This document shows, in pieces, positions 14,281-27,880 of a stretch of 64,000 bases of DNA. The translations under genes and the position numbers were made by a program. Numbering within the stretch: the stretch's first letter is position 1; the number at the start of each line of letters is the position of its first letter. The DNA is from Octopus vulgaris (Eukaryota): NCBI GenBank assembly GCA_951406725.2, contig OX597830.1:1736001-1800000 (forward strand), in the 5' to 3' direction. The notes below the pieces were generated by a model, which did no database searches, was not told the origin of the DNA, and saw only the letters and a list, made by a program, of their open reading frames with translations.

Positions 14281-14839
14281 TCAAGGAATATTAATGTAGC
14301 ATATAGGGTTCGGACAATAAGCGTAAGCCAGTCTCAACTGTGGTTTCAGAAACTCCGAGCCGGAAACTACAGCCTAGAAGACGAGCCTCGTCCTGGAAGA
14401 TCTGTAGAGCTTGTTGAGAACGTCCTGCAAACCCTGGTGGAACAAAAACCCATCGTAACTTTGGTTATTCAATCAGTTATTCATGTCAGCGCAAGAAGAA
14501 AAATGACCATCTTTGGTTTCAAGACGAAAAGTGTTCTTCCATCAGGATAATGCGTGGCTTCATACAGCGAGGATGACATTCCAAAGGCAGGAGCAGATTG
14601 AATGAGAAACGATGCCCCGCACATCATTTATTCTTCAACATTTTTTTGACGGAGAAAATATGAATTCTGTACATGAAATCAAAACAGTGGTAGAGGAGTA
14701 TTTTTCGTCACGGATAAGTGAATTTTAGAAGGTTTGGAGGAGAATATATTTTAAATTCTAAAAAAGCCTTGTCTATCTTAATTTTGAAAAGTAAAAGAAG
14801 TATAAAAAACCTGCCCTGTATATGGGATAACCCGATATA
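14281..14839 (+). mobile_element. Internally deleted mariner transposase pseudogene with right TIR
   Basis: From 14281: SRNINVAY...QLWFQKLRAGNYSLEDEPRPGRS (mariner HTH, WF.KF..G..SLEDEPRSGRP). Shifted frame gives FFHQDNAWLHTA (HDNARPH catalytic motif). Ends TATGGGATAACCCGATA-TA. Confidence 0.88.
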
Positions 14840-15111
14840 AGGGTTACTAAATAAACTATGTTTTTGGCACGGCAACTAATTTTTTCTACCAAAATAACTT
14901 CGGAAACGACGTCGGGTCGCACAATTTTGAGGTCATTTTCGGGCAATATTTTAATTTGCTTCTAATGTTTCACTATTGCGTAGAATTCTACCCACAAAAC
15001 CTTTTATGAAAACGTACACACAAATTTCGTATTAAAATAAACCACAACCAAAAATACTTTTATTAAAAGACATCCATTTCCCTATATGTTATGAGAAAAT
15101 ACAGTCACTCA

Positions 15112-15151
<40 letters not shown>

Positions 15152-15948
15152 CACACACACACACCCATACATGTACAAGCACATGGGGTTGGCGTCCAGC
15201 GTGTTGGAAGACCACTGGGAGTGAGGTAGCCCCAGTTTTTGTTAAAGTATATTTGTAGAAGGTCGCTCTGTTATAAAACCAGATATGCAAGAAATGACAC
15301 TGAACATTTTTGGGGTCTTTTGTTTGCGCTTGCGATCATGGAGCTCCTACATACATTCCCGGGCCTGTGGTTCATATTGGTACTGGATATCTAAACCTGG
15401 CTTCTCTCTTGACCATGTTAGTAGGGTACAGAAGGTGTTTGAGATGCTGTGTAAGCTTTATTTGACCTAAAATTTGAGGTCATGCAGTAGACGGCGAGGT
15501 AAGTTTCCGATACCCAGTCGAGTGAGCCTGAAAACCACGGATGCAATAACCTCATGCACATTCTACTTTGTGTATTGAGAAACGAGAGGTAGAATCGCCA
15601 AGTTGGAATATATTATTGTTTCAATAAGCAAAATTGTTCCACACTATCTAAAAGTATTAAGTTCTCAGAGATAGAAATTTCTTTTGTTAGAAAAAAACTT
15701 TTCAAAAGATCTTTTATCTGTGTTCACTTGAGGAAGAACAAATACGAAGGAAATGAAGTGCATTGTCATTTGCATTAAGCTTATCAAATATATTTATTCT
15801 TCGATGTAAAAGCATCACATATAAAGCCGAACGCAAACATGCGCACAAAGTCATACAGACAGCGATGTTTTGCACGTAGTAAAAACACGGAAACGTCAGC
15901 CGACACAAACTGATGTTAGTTTAACGGGAAAGAAAGAATGAAAGCGTT

Positions 15949-16397
15949 TTCATCGTCATTAGCAATTTATTGATGTTTTCCATGAAGTAATGACCGTGAT
16001 TCATTTCCCGGCGTTTCAGGAAAGTGAACTGTATGGTCGTGATATAACTGGAAGATAATTTAGCTACTAAATACACACACACATACACACCAATAGATGT
16101 GTAGACTTCGTGTGTGTGCATGCATAAACACATAAATTTTCATACATTTGCATATATATACTTTATAAATGCATACATGTATGTGTGTGTGACCTCGTGT
16201 GTACATTGGCGATTTATTTTCTCTGTCTTCCCTTCTCTGGATCTTTCCGACGAAGAGCTCCGCTCGAAACGTTGAACCCTCCTTCTTTCCTTCTTTACTG
16301 AGCGTCCAATAATACTATATTTGTTCCACGTCCTCGCGTTGTTGTGTTTCTTTGTGCTTTCTTGTTTGGATTAACTTTATATATATATATATATATA

Positions 16398-16437
<40 letters not shown>

Positions 16438-16710
16438 TACAAATCTCTCTCTCTCTCTCTCTCTCCTCCCTATGTATATATATATATATATATATATATG
16501 CAAATGTATGAAAATGTATGTGTTTATACATGCACACACACGAAGCCTACACATCTATTGGTGTGTTTGTGTGTGTGTGTGTGTGTATTTAGTAGCTAAA
16601 TTATCTTCCATTTAGATCACAACCATACAGTTGACTTTCCTGAAATGCCAGGCAATCAATCACGGTCATCACTTCATGGAAAACATCAATAAATTGCTAA
16701 TGACGATGAA
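15949..16710. repeat. Inverted duplication, arms about 210 bp (15949-16160 / 16491-16710)
   Basis: TTCATCGTCATTAGCAATTTATTGATGTTTTCCATGAAGT... is the reverse complement of ...ACTTCATGGAAAACATCAATAAATTGCTAATGACGATGAA, with scattered mismatches. Confidence 0.95.
16244..16276 (+). ncRNA. Minimal type I hammerhead ribozyme motif (PLE-type), U4C variant
   Basis: ttt-CCGACGA-A-GAGC-tcc-GCTC-GAAAC-GTT-gaa: core, perfect stem II, palindromic ACGT stem III, weak stem I. Confidence 0.75.
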
Positions 16711-16715
16711 TATAT

Positions 16716-16797
<82 letters not shown>

Positions 16798-16850
16798 GTT
16801 TATATATTTGTTGTGCAAGATTTTTTATGTGAAGTCGTGTGTTGAAACAG

Positions 16851-17116
16851 ATATTGTTATATTTCGGAATGGTCATTTTGCCAGTTTAGCCAATAAAAAC
16901 AAAATGGCTGACGGTTAGTAAGGAGAAACACAAATAAGAAAGAAGAAAACAAAGGACCACTGATACGGTCACAGGAGTGAGACGAAAGAACTCTGGTCGA
17001 AATAAGATTAAGATTAATATAAAAAATAAATAACACTGAAGCAAAATAACACCAAATATATAGTGCGTGTTTTTTTATTGGCTAAACTGGCAAAATGACC
17101 ATTCTGAAATACAACA

Positions 17117-17120
<4 letters not shown>
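16851..17120. repeat. Inverted repeat, arms about 50 bp (16851-16900 / 17069-17120), between (TA)n tracts; PLE-like cassette
   Basis: ATATTGTTATATTTCGGAATGGTCATTTTGCCAGTTTAGCCAATAAAAAC and its near-perfect reverse complement. Confidence 0.92.
16955..16998 (+). ncRNA. Type I hammerhead-like motif with variant 5' core
   Basis: GACCA-CTGATAC-G-GTC-acaggagtga-GAC-GAAAG-aa-CTC-TGGTC: perfect 5-bp stem I, stem II, mini stem III, CUC site. Confidence 0.7.
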
Positions 17121-17210
<90 letters not shown>

Positions 17211-17562
17211 ATTGAAAATGAAGATGAGAGTGGAGATTTACTCACATCCAAATTTTTTTTATTAAAGATAATATGCTACAGAATATATAACAATTCGTAT
17301 GCAATTATGCATCCAAGTCGCTGCAATTTCATCAAGGGTCCTTCACTTCCGACATTTTCAAAGTGAACCAATTCAAACATTTACCTAGCATTTACTTGGC
17401 AATATTTATAGCTTTATGTGATGTGCCTCGAGAACTAACGTTCCAAATAAGGTAATAAATTATTTCACAATGTAAATATGTTTGTGTATGTGTGCGTGCG
17501 TAATTATAAATTAAAATAATGCAAGTCATAAAAAATAAGAGAAATTGGTGACTTATATACCG

Positions 17563-17712
17563 TGTATTTCAATATTTTGGGGTCAGGAGCTTACTTTTCG
17601 GGAAATCTTAGGAGAAATATTATTGTGGTACGACAGAAAAGTTAACTCTGAACACCATTGCTCCCAAGATTTCCTGAAGAAGGCATCCTAACCCCGAAAT
17701 ACTGGAATACAA
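17563..17712. repeat. Diverged inverted repeat (17563-17618 / 17657-17712) whose arms are a hammerhead motif
   Basis: TGTATTTCAATATTTTGGGGTCAGGAG...GGGAAATCTTAGGAG vs CTCCCAAGATTTCCTG...CCTAACCCCGAAATACTGGAATACA. Confidence 0.75.
17669..17708 (+). ncRNA. Minimal type I hammerhead ribozyme motif (decayed cleavage triplet)
   Basis: ATTTC-CTGAAGA-A-GG..CC-GAAAT-ACT-GGAAT. The inverted copy retains (A)AAAT-ATT-GAAAT, completing stems III and I. Confidence 0.65.
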
Positions 17713-17915
17713 AGTAACAGTCAAACCATCGACTTCAATTATTTCCCACGACTCGAATTGTTTCGGTTTTAGAAAAAACTAATTCAAATGTTTTTATATA
17801 TCAGGCAATAATTCTTGCAATATATCTGTAAGATAAACATAAATCTACATTTGCAAATTGTTATAGCATTTGCAAAAGAGGAGTGTGTGTATGTGTGTCG
17901 AATTGTGTGGGAGTA

Positions 17916-18150
17916 CAAAGGCGGCGAGCTGGCTGGTACGTTAGCACGCCGGGTGAAATGCGTAGCCGTATTTCGTCTGCCGTTACGTTCTGAGTTCAAA
18001 TTCTGTCGAGGTCGACTTCACCTTTCATCTTTTCGGGGTCGATTAAATAAGTACCAGTTCTGCACTGGAGTCGATATAATCGACTTAATCCGTTTGTCTG
18101 TCCTTGTTTGTCCCCTCTGTGCTTAGCCCCTCGTGGATAGTAAACAAATA
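17916..18150 (+). mobile_element. SINE family A, full length with TSD
   Basis: AAGGCGGCGAGCTGGC head, GAGTTCAAATTC box B; 16-bp TSD GAATTGTGTGGGAGTA at 17900-17915 and 18151-18166. Confidence 0.93.
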
Positions 18151-18928
18151 GAATTGTGTGGGAGTATTTATGCTTGTCTATGTGTGTGAATGTGTGTGCG
18201 TTCAAACTAAAGTATCAAAGAAAATCCACAACACACATAGCGTGTATAAAAGTGTGTGACCTTATAATTTTCGGGTGCCTTTCTACATATACACATCTTT
18301 AGAGAGAACTCAGTGTTTTATTGTAGATGTCTGTCGTTAAATACAACGGAGGCAATCACTAAATCTCATCCACCCCAAAGAGAACATTAGAAACAATGTT
18401 AAAGTTTTCATAACACAACCACAAACAGTACTTCGCCTCCTTTATACGGTGGACTTACAACGTAAAACTATATATGCAATGGAAAGAGTAAATTTTAATC
18501 TTGCGTCGCATATCAAATTAATTATTTATTATCATAATTAAAACTTAATGCTAAAAACAAATGGTGCATATCTTCGTGAAATCTAATTATTTCAAAAATC
18601 TTTTATGAAATATGATTAAGCTCGAGATAAATGCCAGATTTTTGTCTCGTTCCATGAAATAAACTTTGCTAGATTACTGCTGCATGATTATCCACAGATT
18701 AACTGATAAATCATTACATTAATTATTAAACAAATAGTGGCGGTTTATAAATAGGCCTCTTTATTTTATTTTATTGAAAAAAGTTGAATCTGAAGGAAAC
18801 TAGTTTTTGCCTCAATAAATAGTAAAGATAAAATGTTTGAAAAGTGGAACAACTTATTTTCTATGATGGAACAATGAAGTGTATTGGAGAGCGATGAAAT
18901 ATTTACTACGAAGGCAATATGCTTCTCG

Positions 18929-19440
18929 AAGGCGGCGAGCTGACACAAACGTTAGCACGCCGGGTGAAATGCCTAGCGGTATTTCGTCCCGAAAGGATGA
19001 AAAGCAAAGTCAACCTCGATTAAATAAGTACCATTTACGCACTGGGGTCGATATAATCGACTTAGTCCGTTTGTCTGTCCTTGTTTGTCCCCTCTATGGG
19101 TAGTAAAGAAATGGGTATTTCGTCTGTCTGAGTTCAAATTCAGTCTAGGTTGGCTTTGCTTTTCATCCTTTTGGGGAACGATAAAATAAGTAACAGTTGA
19201 GTACTGAGGGCAATGCAATTGACTTACTTCCCCCAAATTGCTGTCCTTGTACCGAAATTTGAAATCCATATTTACTTCTGCATTTAAACCGACGATCCTG
19301 CAGAATCGTTAGCACGCCGGACGAAATGCTAAGTTGCATTGCGTCCGTCTTTACATTCTGAGTCCAAACTCCGGAGTCGATAAAATAAGTATCAGTCAAA
19401 CACTGAGAATTGACGTAATCGACTTAGCCTCACTCCCCGC
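18929..19440 (+). mobile_element. SINE family A composite: rearranged copy plus tandem partial units
   Basis: Head at 18929; a second headless unit follows GTAAAGAAATGGGTATTTCGTC; a third partial unit at about 19290-19440. Confidence 0.85.
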
Positions 19441-22124
19441 GAGTGAGGCTACGCATTCATCTAAATGAAATAATAAAGGAGGAGAAACCATAACACTTGG
19501 CTGGTATTAATTAACCCCAGAAACATTGCTCTCACCGCAAGAATTTGAACCAGAATATAAATACTTCAGTGGCGTTCTAACGATTCTGTTTCTCGATCTG
19601 CAATAGCAAAGATTATCTAAAAGCACGTAAATAATACGTATTTAATATCCTACTGCTGTACGTCCGCTACAAATATTTCCTTTATGAGGTTTTAATGTTA
19701 AAATAAGTGAAAATAATATGACCTGTAAGTATCATGAGAGACATAACATAGTTTCTATGGACAGTGGCAGCATTTATAGTTGAGCTGAGCGGAGAAATGT
19801 TTAAATAGTTGGACCATTGCTGCTGCTATCACACACACGAAAAAACAAACTATTCTATGCTGCATCCAAAAGAAGTTCACTCGAATCATTAAGTCTCGGT
19901 TACCAACACATAGCAACCATTAGCTTAAAGACCTGTTATTGGTTTTCGGTCTATCCTTTTGCTTCAACAATCCAAACCAACCAGAGTTTGTCTCATTGAT
20001 AGAAATACCAACGAAATGCTTTGTCAATCATGCCCTATCGTGTTAGATAAATCATACAACTATAAAATTCGGTGTGGCCATGGCTAGAATGCTTTTTTTT
20101 TTAATCAAAAGTTTGCTCGCTGTTCTTGGATGACTTCAGGTTTGACGACTTCAACAACAAGTTCTCTTCTTCTGTACGTAACGTTTGCAATCAAAACAAG
20201 AGATTAATTCTTCTTGGTTTATTTTCTTCTTCCCGCCAAATATTCATTTCTCTCGCTCTCTTTCACACACACACTCACACAGATACACACAACCACGCGC
20301 ACACATAACCAAGCATACGCACACACTCAACTACACAAAGACAAATACACATGCATTGTGTTATGATTCTCTTTTATGCATGCTGTCCAACAACGTTCAC
20401 ACTGGTTGGCACTCTACAATTTCTAAAAAAGTAGATAGACAAGTTTAGACATAAATTATGTTAATTTTAGCCCCTTGTGGGTAGCAAAGAAACAGATATA
20501 AATTATGTTAATTACATTAGTCTGCGAGACAAGGAGCGAGGTTTGAGAAACACATTTGCTCCTTTGATGGACTAAATTTTTAATCGTATTTTTGCCAAGC
20601 AATATGGCCGTGGGAGCTTGGTGTGTGTGTTGTGGCCTATGCAAAATTTCTGTATGCAATTCCTCATCATAATCATCGTCACCGTCAGCATCGTAGTCGT
20701 TGTCATTTTTGATGTCAGCTTTCCAGGCTGGTATGGGTTGAACATGATGTTACCAATTGAATTCATATAATAGAGTTACTTCGTGCCTTGACAGATTGGT
20801 GGGTGCCATATCTCTCACATTCCCTTTATTTTCAGCATGGCTTCTACACAGGAATTCCCTTTCTAACGCAAACTGACTGACTAGTTTATCATTGCACAAA
20901 TAATAGAGCTTACCAAGTCATCGACGAGGCTAAAGAATTCTGTCTTACCTGCCTTTTCTCCTTCATATGTCAACGGTCTATAAAATGTCTCGGGTGCTTT
21001 TTATCATGCTACAAAGAATCAGTAAGAAGCGTATTTATTACTATCGCAAAAACATTCAATGTTAATGTCTCATTTTATGGCCACAACGCCAATGGGGGAG
21101 CCTGTCTTTGCTTCTTGAACCTGCAAATATTAACAAGCATATTTCCATCAAACCAATGATACAATTGTTCAAGGGAAAGCATGAAGTTGTCAATGTGATC
21201 CTAGACACTTCATTTTCCGTACTTTTGCAAAAGCTTTTCTTAATGAGATCCACTTTATTTTTCGAGACAGATTGTGTAAGTGAGTGATGTGTGTGTGTGT
21301 TGAATGATTAGATATACAATATCAACGTGATAGTTGTATATTCTAACCAGATTAGCACTTAACCTGTAAATGGAGATCCACAGTTAGGTGGGAATTCATG
21401 CTTTACGGTCAGATGCTATTTCATTCCCTGGTAAGACAGATCAACAACTGATGAAATTGACTCCAGTTCTTGGCTGGTGGATTATTTTATCGACATGGCA
21501 AGAATGCGGCAAAGTTGAATTCAGACAAAACATAATATATACAAAATATATACAAGAATATATACAAAAAAGTCGACTCGACTGAACAGGTTTAGAATAT
21601 TATAGTAGTGTACATAGTTTTCCTTACTTCTCTGTTTCTGAAATGTGCCAACTCCTTCATCAATATGATTTAATCTCCATTGTCTTGCATTCACAATTCT
21701 TTCCAAGTAAGAGAAACTAACCTTTTTCACTAAATAAGTCGCTGACCAGAAAATATATTCCAAGTTAAAGTTGATGTTGTTATGTGAAGTAGATTGACGA
21801 CGGAGATTTACATTGAGAATTATTTGGTTGAGGCCAATTTTGACCTTCAATCAGTTCCAGTTTACCATGGTGAATTTGCCGAAGAGATTCCTTTACTTAA
21901 ATTGAAATCATTTATCTTGTTTCTAAAAGTGACGATTAGATTTCTATGGAAATTATTTCTATACCTGAAAGAAAATTGAAGTATTATAGAAATATAACTT
22001 CATTTTTCACAACTAAATGGAAACAAGTTTTACGCTGCGTCTCCTTAGAAATCCCATATGTAGATTTATTTCCATATGGGTAAAGATATTGGCATAATTG
22101 ATCATCTTTATATAATGACACTCA

Positions 22125-22166
<42 letters not shown>

Positions 22167-24014
22167 GTCTCATATACTAAAGTGACAGTATATCCAATTT
22201 ACATCCACTCTACTACGTTATTGCACATCATAATGGATAATGGACTCTTTTTTATATTATCATCTCTTTGTAGTGAATAATGGTATGTATCCATAAAACT
22301 TTTGCTCTAATTCCAAATATTCTAGCGACTAAGTATCACCACCACTCTCTCCCCCAATCTCTCTCTCTCTCTCTCTCTCAGAATAGTTGGAGTCCAATAA
22401 CAGATCTTTCTTTTCTTTCTTTTTTTTCTTCAAAACAAGAAATAGATGAGGACAACGATGACGGTGACAACTTCAGCAACAGCAACGGTTATCTCTTACA
22501 TTGGTACAGCACCAGATATTCTAGTAGAGACGATGATACGGTGATTTATTCAACTCCATTACATAACTGGTATCTTAAATTATGAACTCAAGAAAGATGA
22601 AACAAATTTAAACCTCCTCTGATTTCAACTCTGAATGTAACGGATTAAATTAAATTTTTCGGAGACATTTTGCCAATGCTCTACCATTTTACCAATGTCC
22701 CCACCAGCTGAAAGAAGTAATTCATAACATACATAGAAGCCACACACATTGTGGAGGATATTCAGTTAAAACAACCCCATTATATAACTGGTATGTATTT
22801 CATAGACCTCAACAGAGCGAAAGACGTGAATCCTGCTAATCTTCGAACTCAGAATCGATCATTTCTGTGACTCTGTCATCCAAAAACAAAATGATAATAA
22901 TGGTAATCAGGAATGGTAGTGGAGAGAATTCCCTCCCCGCAAAATGACTAAAGTTTATGCAAAGAAAACGAATGATCAAAATCCTTATGAAGGAGATATA
23001 ACTTTTAACTTTCACAGTTACGCTTTTTGTTTTTTGCCCCCCCCCCCCCATTTTATTGATCTAGTCTTTTGCAGTTATATTAACTGAGTAACTGTGCAAC
23101 ATAGAACAGGATAGGGTAGGCCTTTGGTGTTAAATGTCAAATTTAAAACTAGTCATGGGTGTCTGGTTAAAAACTTGATTCATAACTTTTGACTTTGGTT
23201 TCAATTCCACTACATTATTGCTTGTCTTCTCCTACAATCTTAGATAGACCAGAATTATATGAGTTAAAATGATAAACAGAGACTCGGTAGAAGCTTATCA
23301 CAGGGCTACTTCTGTCAATGGAAGATATATTTAAGCTTTTCTCTGTTCAGTACGAGTACTTGGTATTTGGGTAGTTTTAGTAGATATCGTCACTTGGTCG
23401 CAAGCATTCAAGCAAAGACTCTGTTCTGTGCATAACGTCCTGCCTTACTCCCACAAGTTTCAGAGACCCTGAAAAAGATAATGGCTGCCACCTTTTTCCT
23501 CTGCCCATGTGATAAAAATCCAAATCTTGATCTTTAGTCTCCCAAATCTAAAAATATAGATTCGCTGTTTTCATTACTAGATTCAAATGATTCAAAATGA
23601 CAATAATTTCAATTTAAATAATTTTCTTCTTGAACTTTTTAACTGATGTCATCTTCAATTGAAAGGAGAGAAGTCAATGAAATATTTTCAAATAATCTAT
23701 AAATTTCTTGCAGCAGACGTGCTGCAGTTGTTTTTCGTTAATTACTTAATTACTTTATTGAGCAATAAAGTCAACGCTGGAAGCTTTCATTATGAACAAA
23801 ATGAAATTGGTTATCAAATATTCAGAACAGTTAAGTATGTTACTATAAAACTTTGTCTTGTGGCCGAGTAATAATTGGAAATATGCATGATGTGTGTCTG
23901 GCATTTAACTGGAATCTGATAATTAAAGAACAGGGTGACTATATAATGGCAAATAATGAATGACATATACGCACCTACACACATATCTATGCATATATAT
24001 ATGTATGTGTGTGA

Positions 24015-24117
<103 letters not shown>

Positions 24118-26970
24118 CGTGTGTATGCATAATCTTTAGCGTCATATCAGTAAAGTGATAGTAAATAAATCTTAGTATTTCGACTAAGAATTTCTTCAGA
24201 AATCATAAAACTAAAACCAAATAAAATACTTAAAAACAAAAAAGAAACGAAAAGTGAAAAAAAAAATCACAGAAAGTAGAAATCAAATTGAGAAAATTTA
24301 TGGAAAGTGAAATTTTTTCAGAAGCAAATCAATTTTGTTAGAGCCAAATCAAAACAATAATCTGCTATTTTGAAAGGTCAAATGAAAGAAAAAGTTTGAA
24401 AAAAAACAACACATTAAAGCCAACAAACATTCATTGTTTTAGGAAAAAAATCATTGCATTAAAAGATCATGAATTCCAGTTATCGCAAAAACAAAGCAGA
24501 GCAAGCTTCAATCAAATGTTGGCATGCACTGATATAAACAAAAGACTGGCAAAAGAAACAGTAAAAAGCTATAAAGATGGCTGTTGCATGATAATGTTGC
24601 CATCGAAATTAATATTTTGACAGCAGTGTTAATTGTGTCTGCCATGGCAAAATGAGCCACGAGTTCTACCTACAGTTTTACACTAAAAAAACATTGAATT
24701 TTTAAAACGTACCCCGTCATTTCCTTCGTCGTCATCAACTTCGATTTACCCTCTCAGTTACATTTGCTATGTAGAAATGGAGAACTTATTAGTCTTTCAG
24801 TGGACACGAACATCTCTCTAGTGTTGGTACTATGGAAAAAATCCATCCTGTATTGTCGGTCAAGTGGTTGGTGAAGACGTAATAGGATTAATAGAAAGTG
24901 ACAAATTCTTTAGAGCTGGTGTTACGATAAAATGTTCGAGGTAGCCTCTGTAGAGTAGTTGGTGATAGAAAGGACATCCAATCACTTGTTACCTGCCAAA
25001 AAATCAAGCTTAAAAATGAACCATGGTCTTATGACCTCCCCAAACCATGTAAGCGTCAAAAGCAGCTGCAATTATGATGATGGGGATCATGACTGATTAA
25101 TCTCTACGATTTAAATTCATTAAATATTTTATTTTGTTTTTGTAATATGTCTTAATTATTTGTTTACATCTTAATCGATGAAACATCAGACAACTTGGCA
25201 GTAAATTACCATTCCTGATTGAGCATCAGAGGGAACGCCTTACCTTTATTATATTGATGTAACAATACGCTGAGTTGAAATCGCACCAAGCTCAACCTTG
25301 TGTTGCATCCTTCCAGGTGTTTGTAAAGTAATGTACCAGTAATATACTAGGCTCAGTTAATTTTGCTGCGTCTTTACCTAAAATTTCTTGATGTGAGATT
25401 ATCTCATAAATAATTTCTCTAAGTTTTCTCAAATAAAAGTAAATTCATTCTATTATGATTATGAGGGCCTCTTTATGTTCAAATTTCTCCAAGAATTTAT
25501 TCCTCGAGTAGAAAAAAAGAAAGGTGAAGCGGACCTCAGCTGTATTTGAACCTGAAGTGTAGACAGTCGGAAGAAATAGCAGAAATCAATCTGCCGCATG
25601 CTGTAACCACTACGTTTATTCCCCGCCTTAAGAAAGCTTTATTCTATAAACCAAGTTTGTCACAATTATTGAACGTCAGAAGAACCAAGAAAATGATTAG
25701 AAAAGAACTCAAAAACCTCTACAGATTTCGTAAGGCAGTATTTTATGATCCTTTTGATTCTTCTTCTTCTTGAAATTTCTCCAATAAACAACGAGTGTTA
25801 CGTTCCTTTAACAAAAAAAAAAACCCCAGAATTTATTAGAATTTCAGTCAGCAAAAACTTAACTTCTACAAAGACAGTGTCACATACATCACCGACAGTA
25901 TTTTATTGTTCCAGTCAGAGAAACACGTGTTTATACATATCTTTATAAATACATACACATCACATACATGAATGTTCTCTCCTGCCCTAGGTTAGTTGAA
26001 AGGCACATGTGACTACCACTTGTGAAATAAATGAAGAAACAATAGAATGTCAACGGACAATTAATGAAGAATTTTCAAATTCAATATTTGGACTCTAATT
26101 GTAGCAGCTTCTATAACTATTGATGACGTTAGACAGTCTGTATATGCCTCAGCATGCGCTCATTAATGTTTGCTATTTTCCTCTTATTCTTATTCTCAGA
26201 GAAACTAAGAAACATTTATTCATTGAACCAAGTGTGTCAATAATTATCCATTGTAGTACTTAAAAAAATTATAGTTCAAATATTGAATCTTTGTAAATTC
26301 TTCATTATTCGTTCATTGGCTTTAGTATTGTTCTTTTCTTTCGGAAAAGATATTCACTTGTGCTTTTCTTTTCAACTAATCTCTGTAAGCGATCATGTTT
26401 TTTTTCATGCTTGTGTTGTTTATTATTCCATATTATTGGTGCTACATAAGTTACATCACGTCAACAATCTTTAGATTTTGTGTATAAGAATTCCATATCT
26501 CTAGCTTCTTACGCGTTCAATTAAAATGCTATAAGATTTTTAAAAGAAGATTAACTTTTATGAGAAATTATCTCTTGTGTTGAGGGTGTGCCCATGTGGT
26601 TAAAAAATTCATTTACGATTCATCTGATTCTGGTGTTAATCCTATTCTCTCACACTTTTTGTAAGTGAATTCTGCCCTCGTCTCGAGTTGACTAATTCTA
26701 TTTTGGGATAATTAAGTAGATAAAACCTCTACAGAAGCCTGTTGAACTGTACTTGCAAGTTTTTCTTTTAGTAAACCTAATTCCCCAGCTACTTTAACAC
26801 TGCCACTAGCGCCATAAGAGCCCTGGCACAATCATTGAACGTCAGTGAAAGGCCTTGTAACAATGGCTTTGGCTCTTCATATTGTGAGTTCAAATCCCAC
26901 TGATGATATCTTTACCTTTTCTTGTATTCTCAGGTAGATATACTGAAACTCAGTCAAATCCTGCATACGG

Positions 26971-27019
<49 letters not shown>

Positions 27020-27658
27020 AATTGGTTATACTGGTACAACGAAATAAAGTGTATCATTAACAGTATTCCTTATCGTATGGAAACGGAGAGGAACCGAAAA
27101 AGGTAGACGTGGTCAGATTGTGGTGTCGTTACGACCTAGTATAGTTTAAAAAAGAAATTAATAAAACATGACCCGTTGCAATGATGGAGGCCAGGCTTCT
27201 GATCTGAGAATATCTTTGTATCGTCGTATAATGTCTTCTGAGTTGAACTTTCTTCTGTGGGAAATTCTCCTATACACCGCCACCACCACTAACCTACCAT
27301 TACAAGCAGCACCACAATCGACACCACCAGTCCTGGAGGACCTGCAATGACCAGGGATGCAAGTCTTACCGAATCTGCGAGTAAACGATCAAATCTTTTA
27401 TCCGTCTTGTATTTCCATGCAGTTACCAAGATTATGTCATACCTTTAGCATTCAGCTCCATCTTTTCCACAATCAGTTGTCACATCTGGTTGCATAACAG
27501 CTAGAATTTTATCCATTTTGTAACTAAGCGGTTGTAATCTTATTTCCTGCGATAGGTGACGTCTTTAAGATCTAATCTTCTTTTCTACGCTAATGTCGCT
27601 ATCGGGAAACAAACGAAGTATCAGTGATGTGTTTTAGTATTAACATTTAGGAAGATGC

Positions 27659-27880
27659 AAAGTGGTGAGCAAGTGGAATCGTTAGCTTGTTGGGCAAAAT
27701 GCTTAGTGGCATTTCGTCCGTCTTCACGTTCTGAGTTCAAATTCGAGCGGGACTGACTGTGTCTTCTAGCCTTTCAGAATCGATAAAATAAGTACCCCAC
27801 TTGAACACTGGGGTCGATATAATCGACTTACCCACCTTCCAAAAAATACTGCTGCCCTTCTGCCATAATTTGAGACCAAT
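27659..27880 (+). mobile_element. SINE family A, older diverged copy
   Basis: GGAATCGTTAGC...GCTTAGTGGCATTTCGTCCG...CTGAGTTCAAATTC...TCGATAAAATAAGTACC...CTGGGGTCGATATAATCGACTT. Confidence 0.85.

Noticed and set aside
15180-15600. GC-richer block, possible hAT relic
   Set aside because: No convincing motif, TIR or TSD.
17784-18205. Recurring ORFs such as MNSERNGRRNTATHF and ARRAKCVAVFRLPLRSEFKF (also at 42609-42864)
   Set aside because: Chance translations of SINE family A copies.
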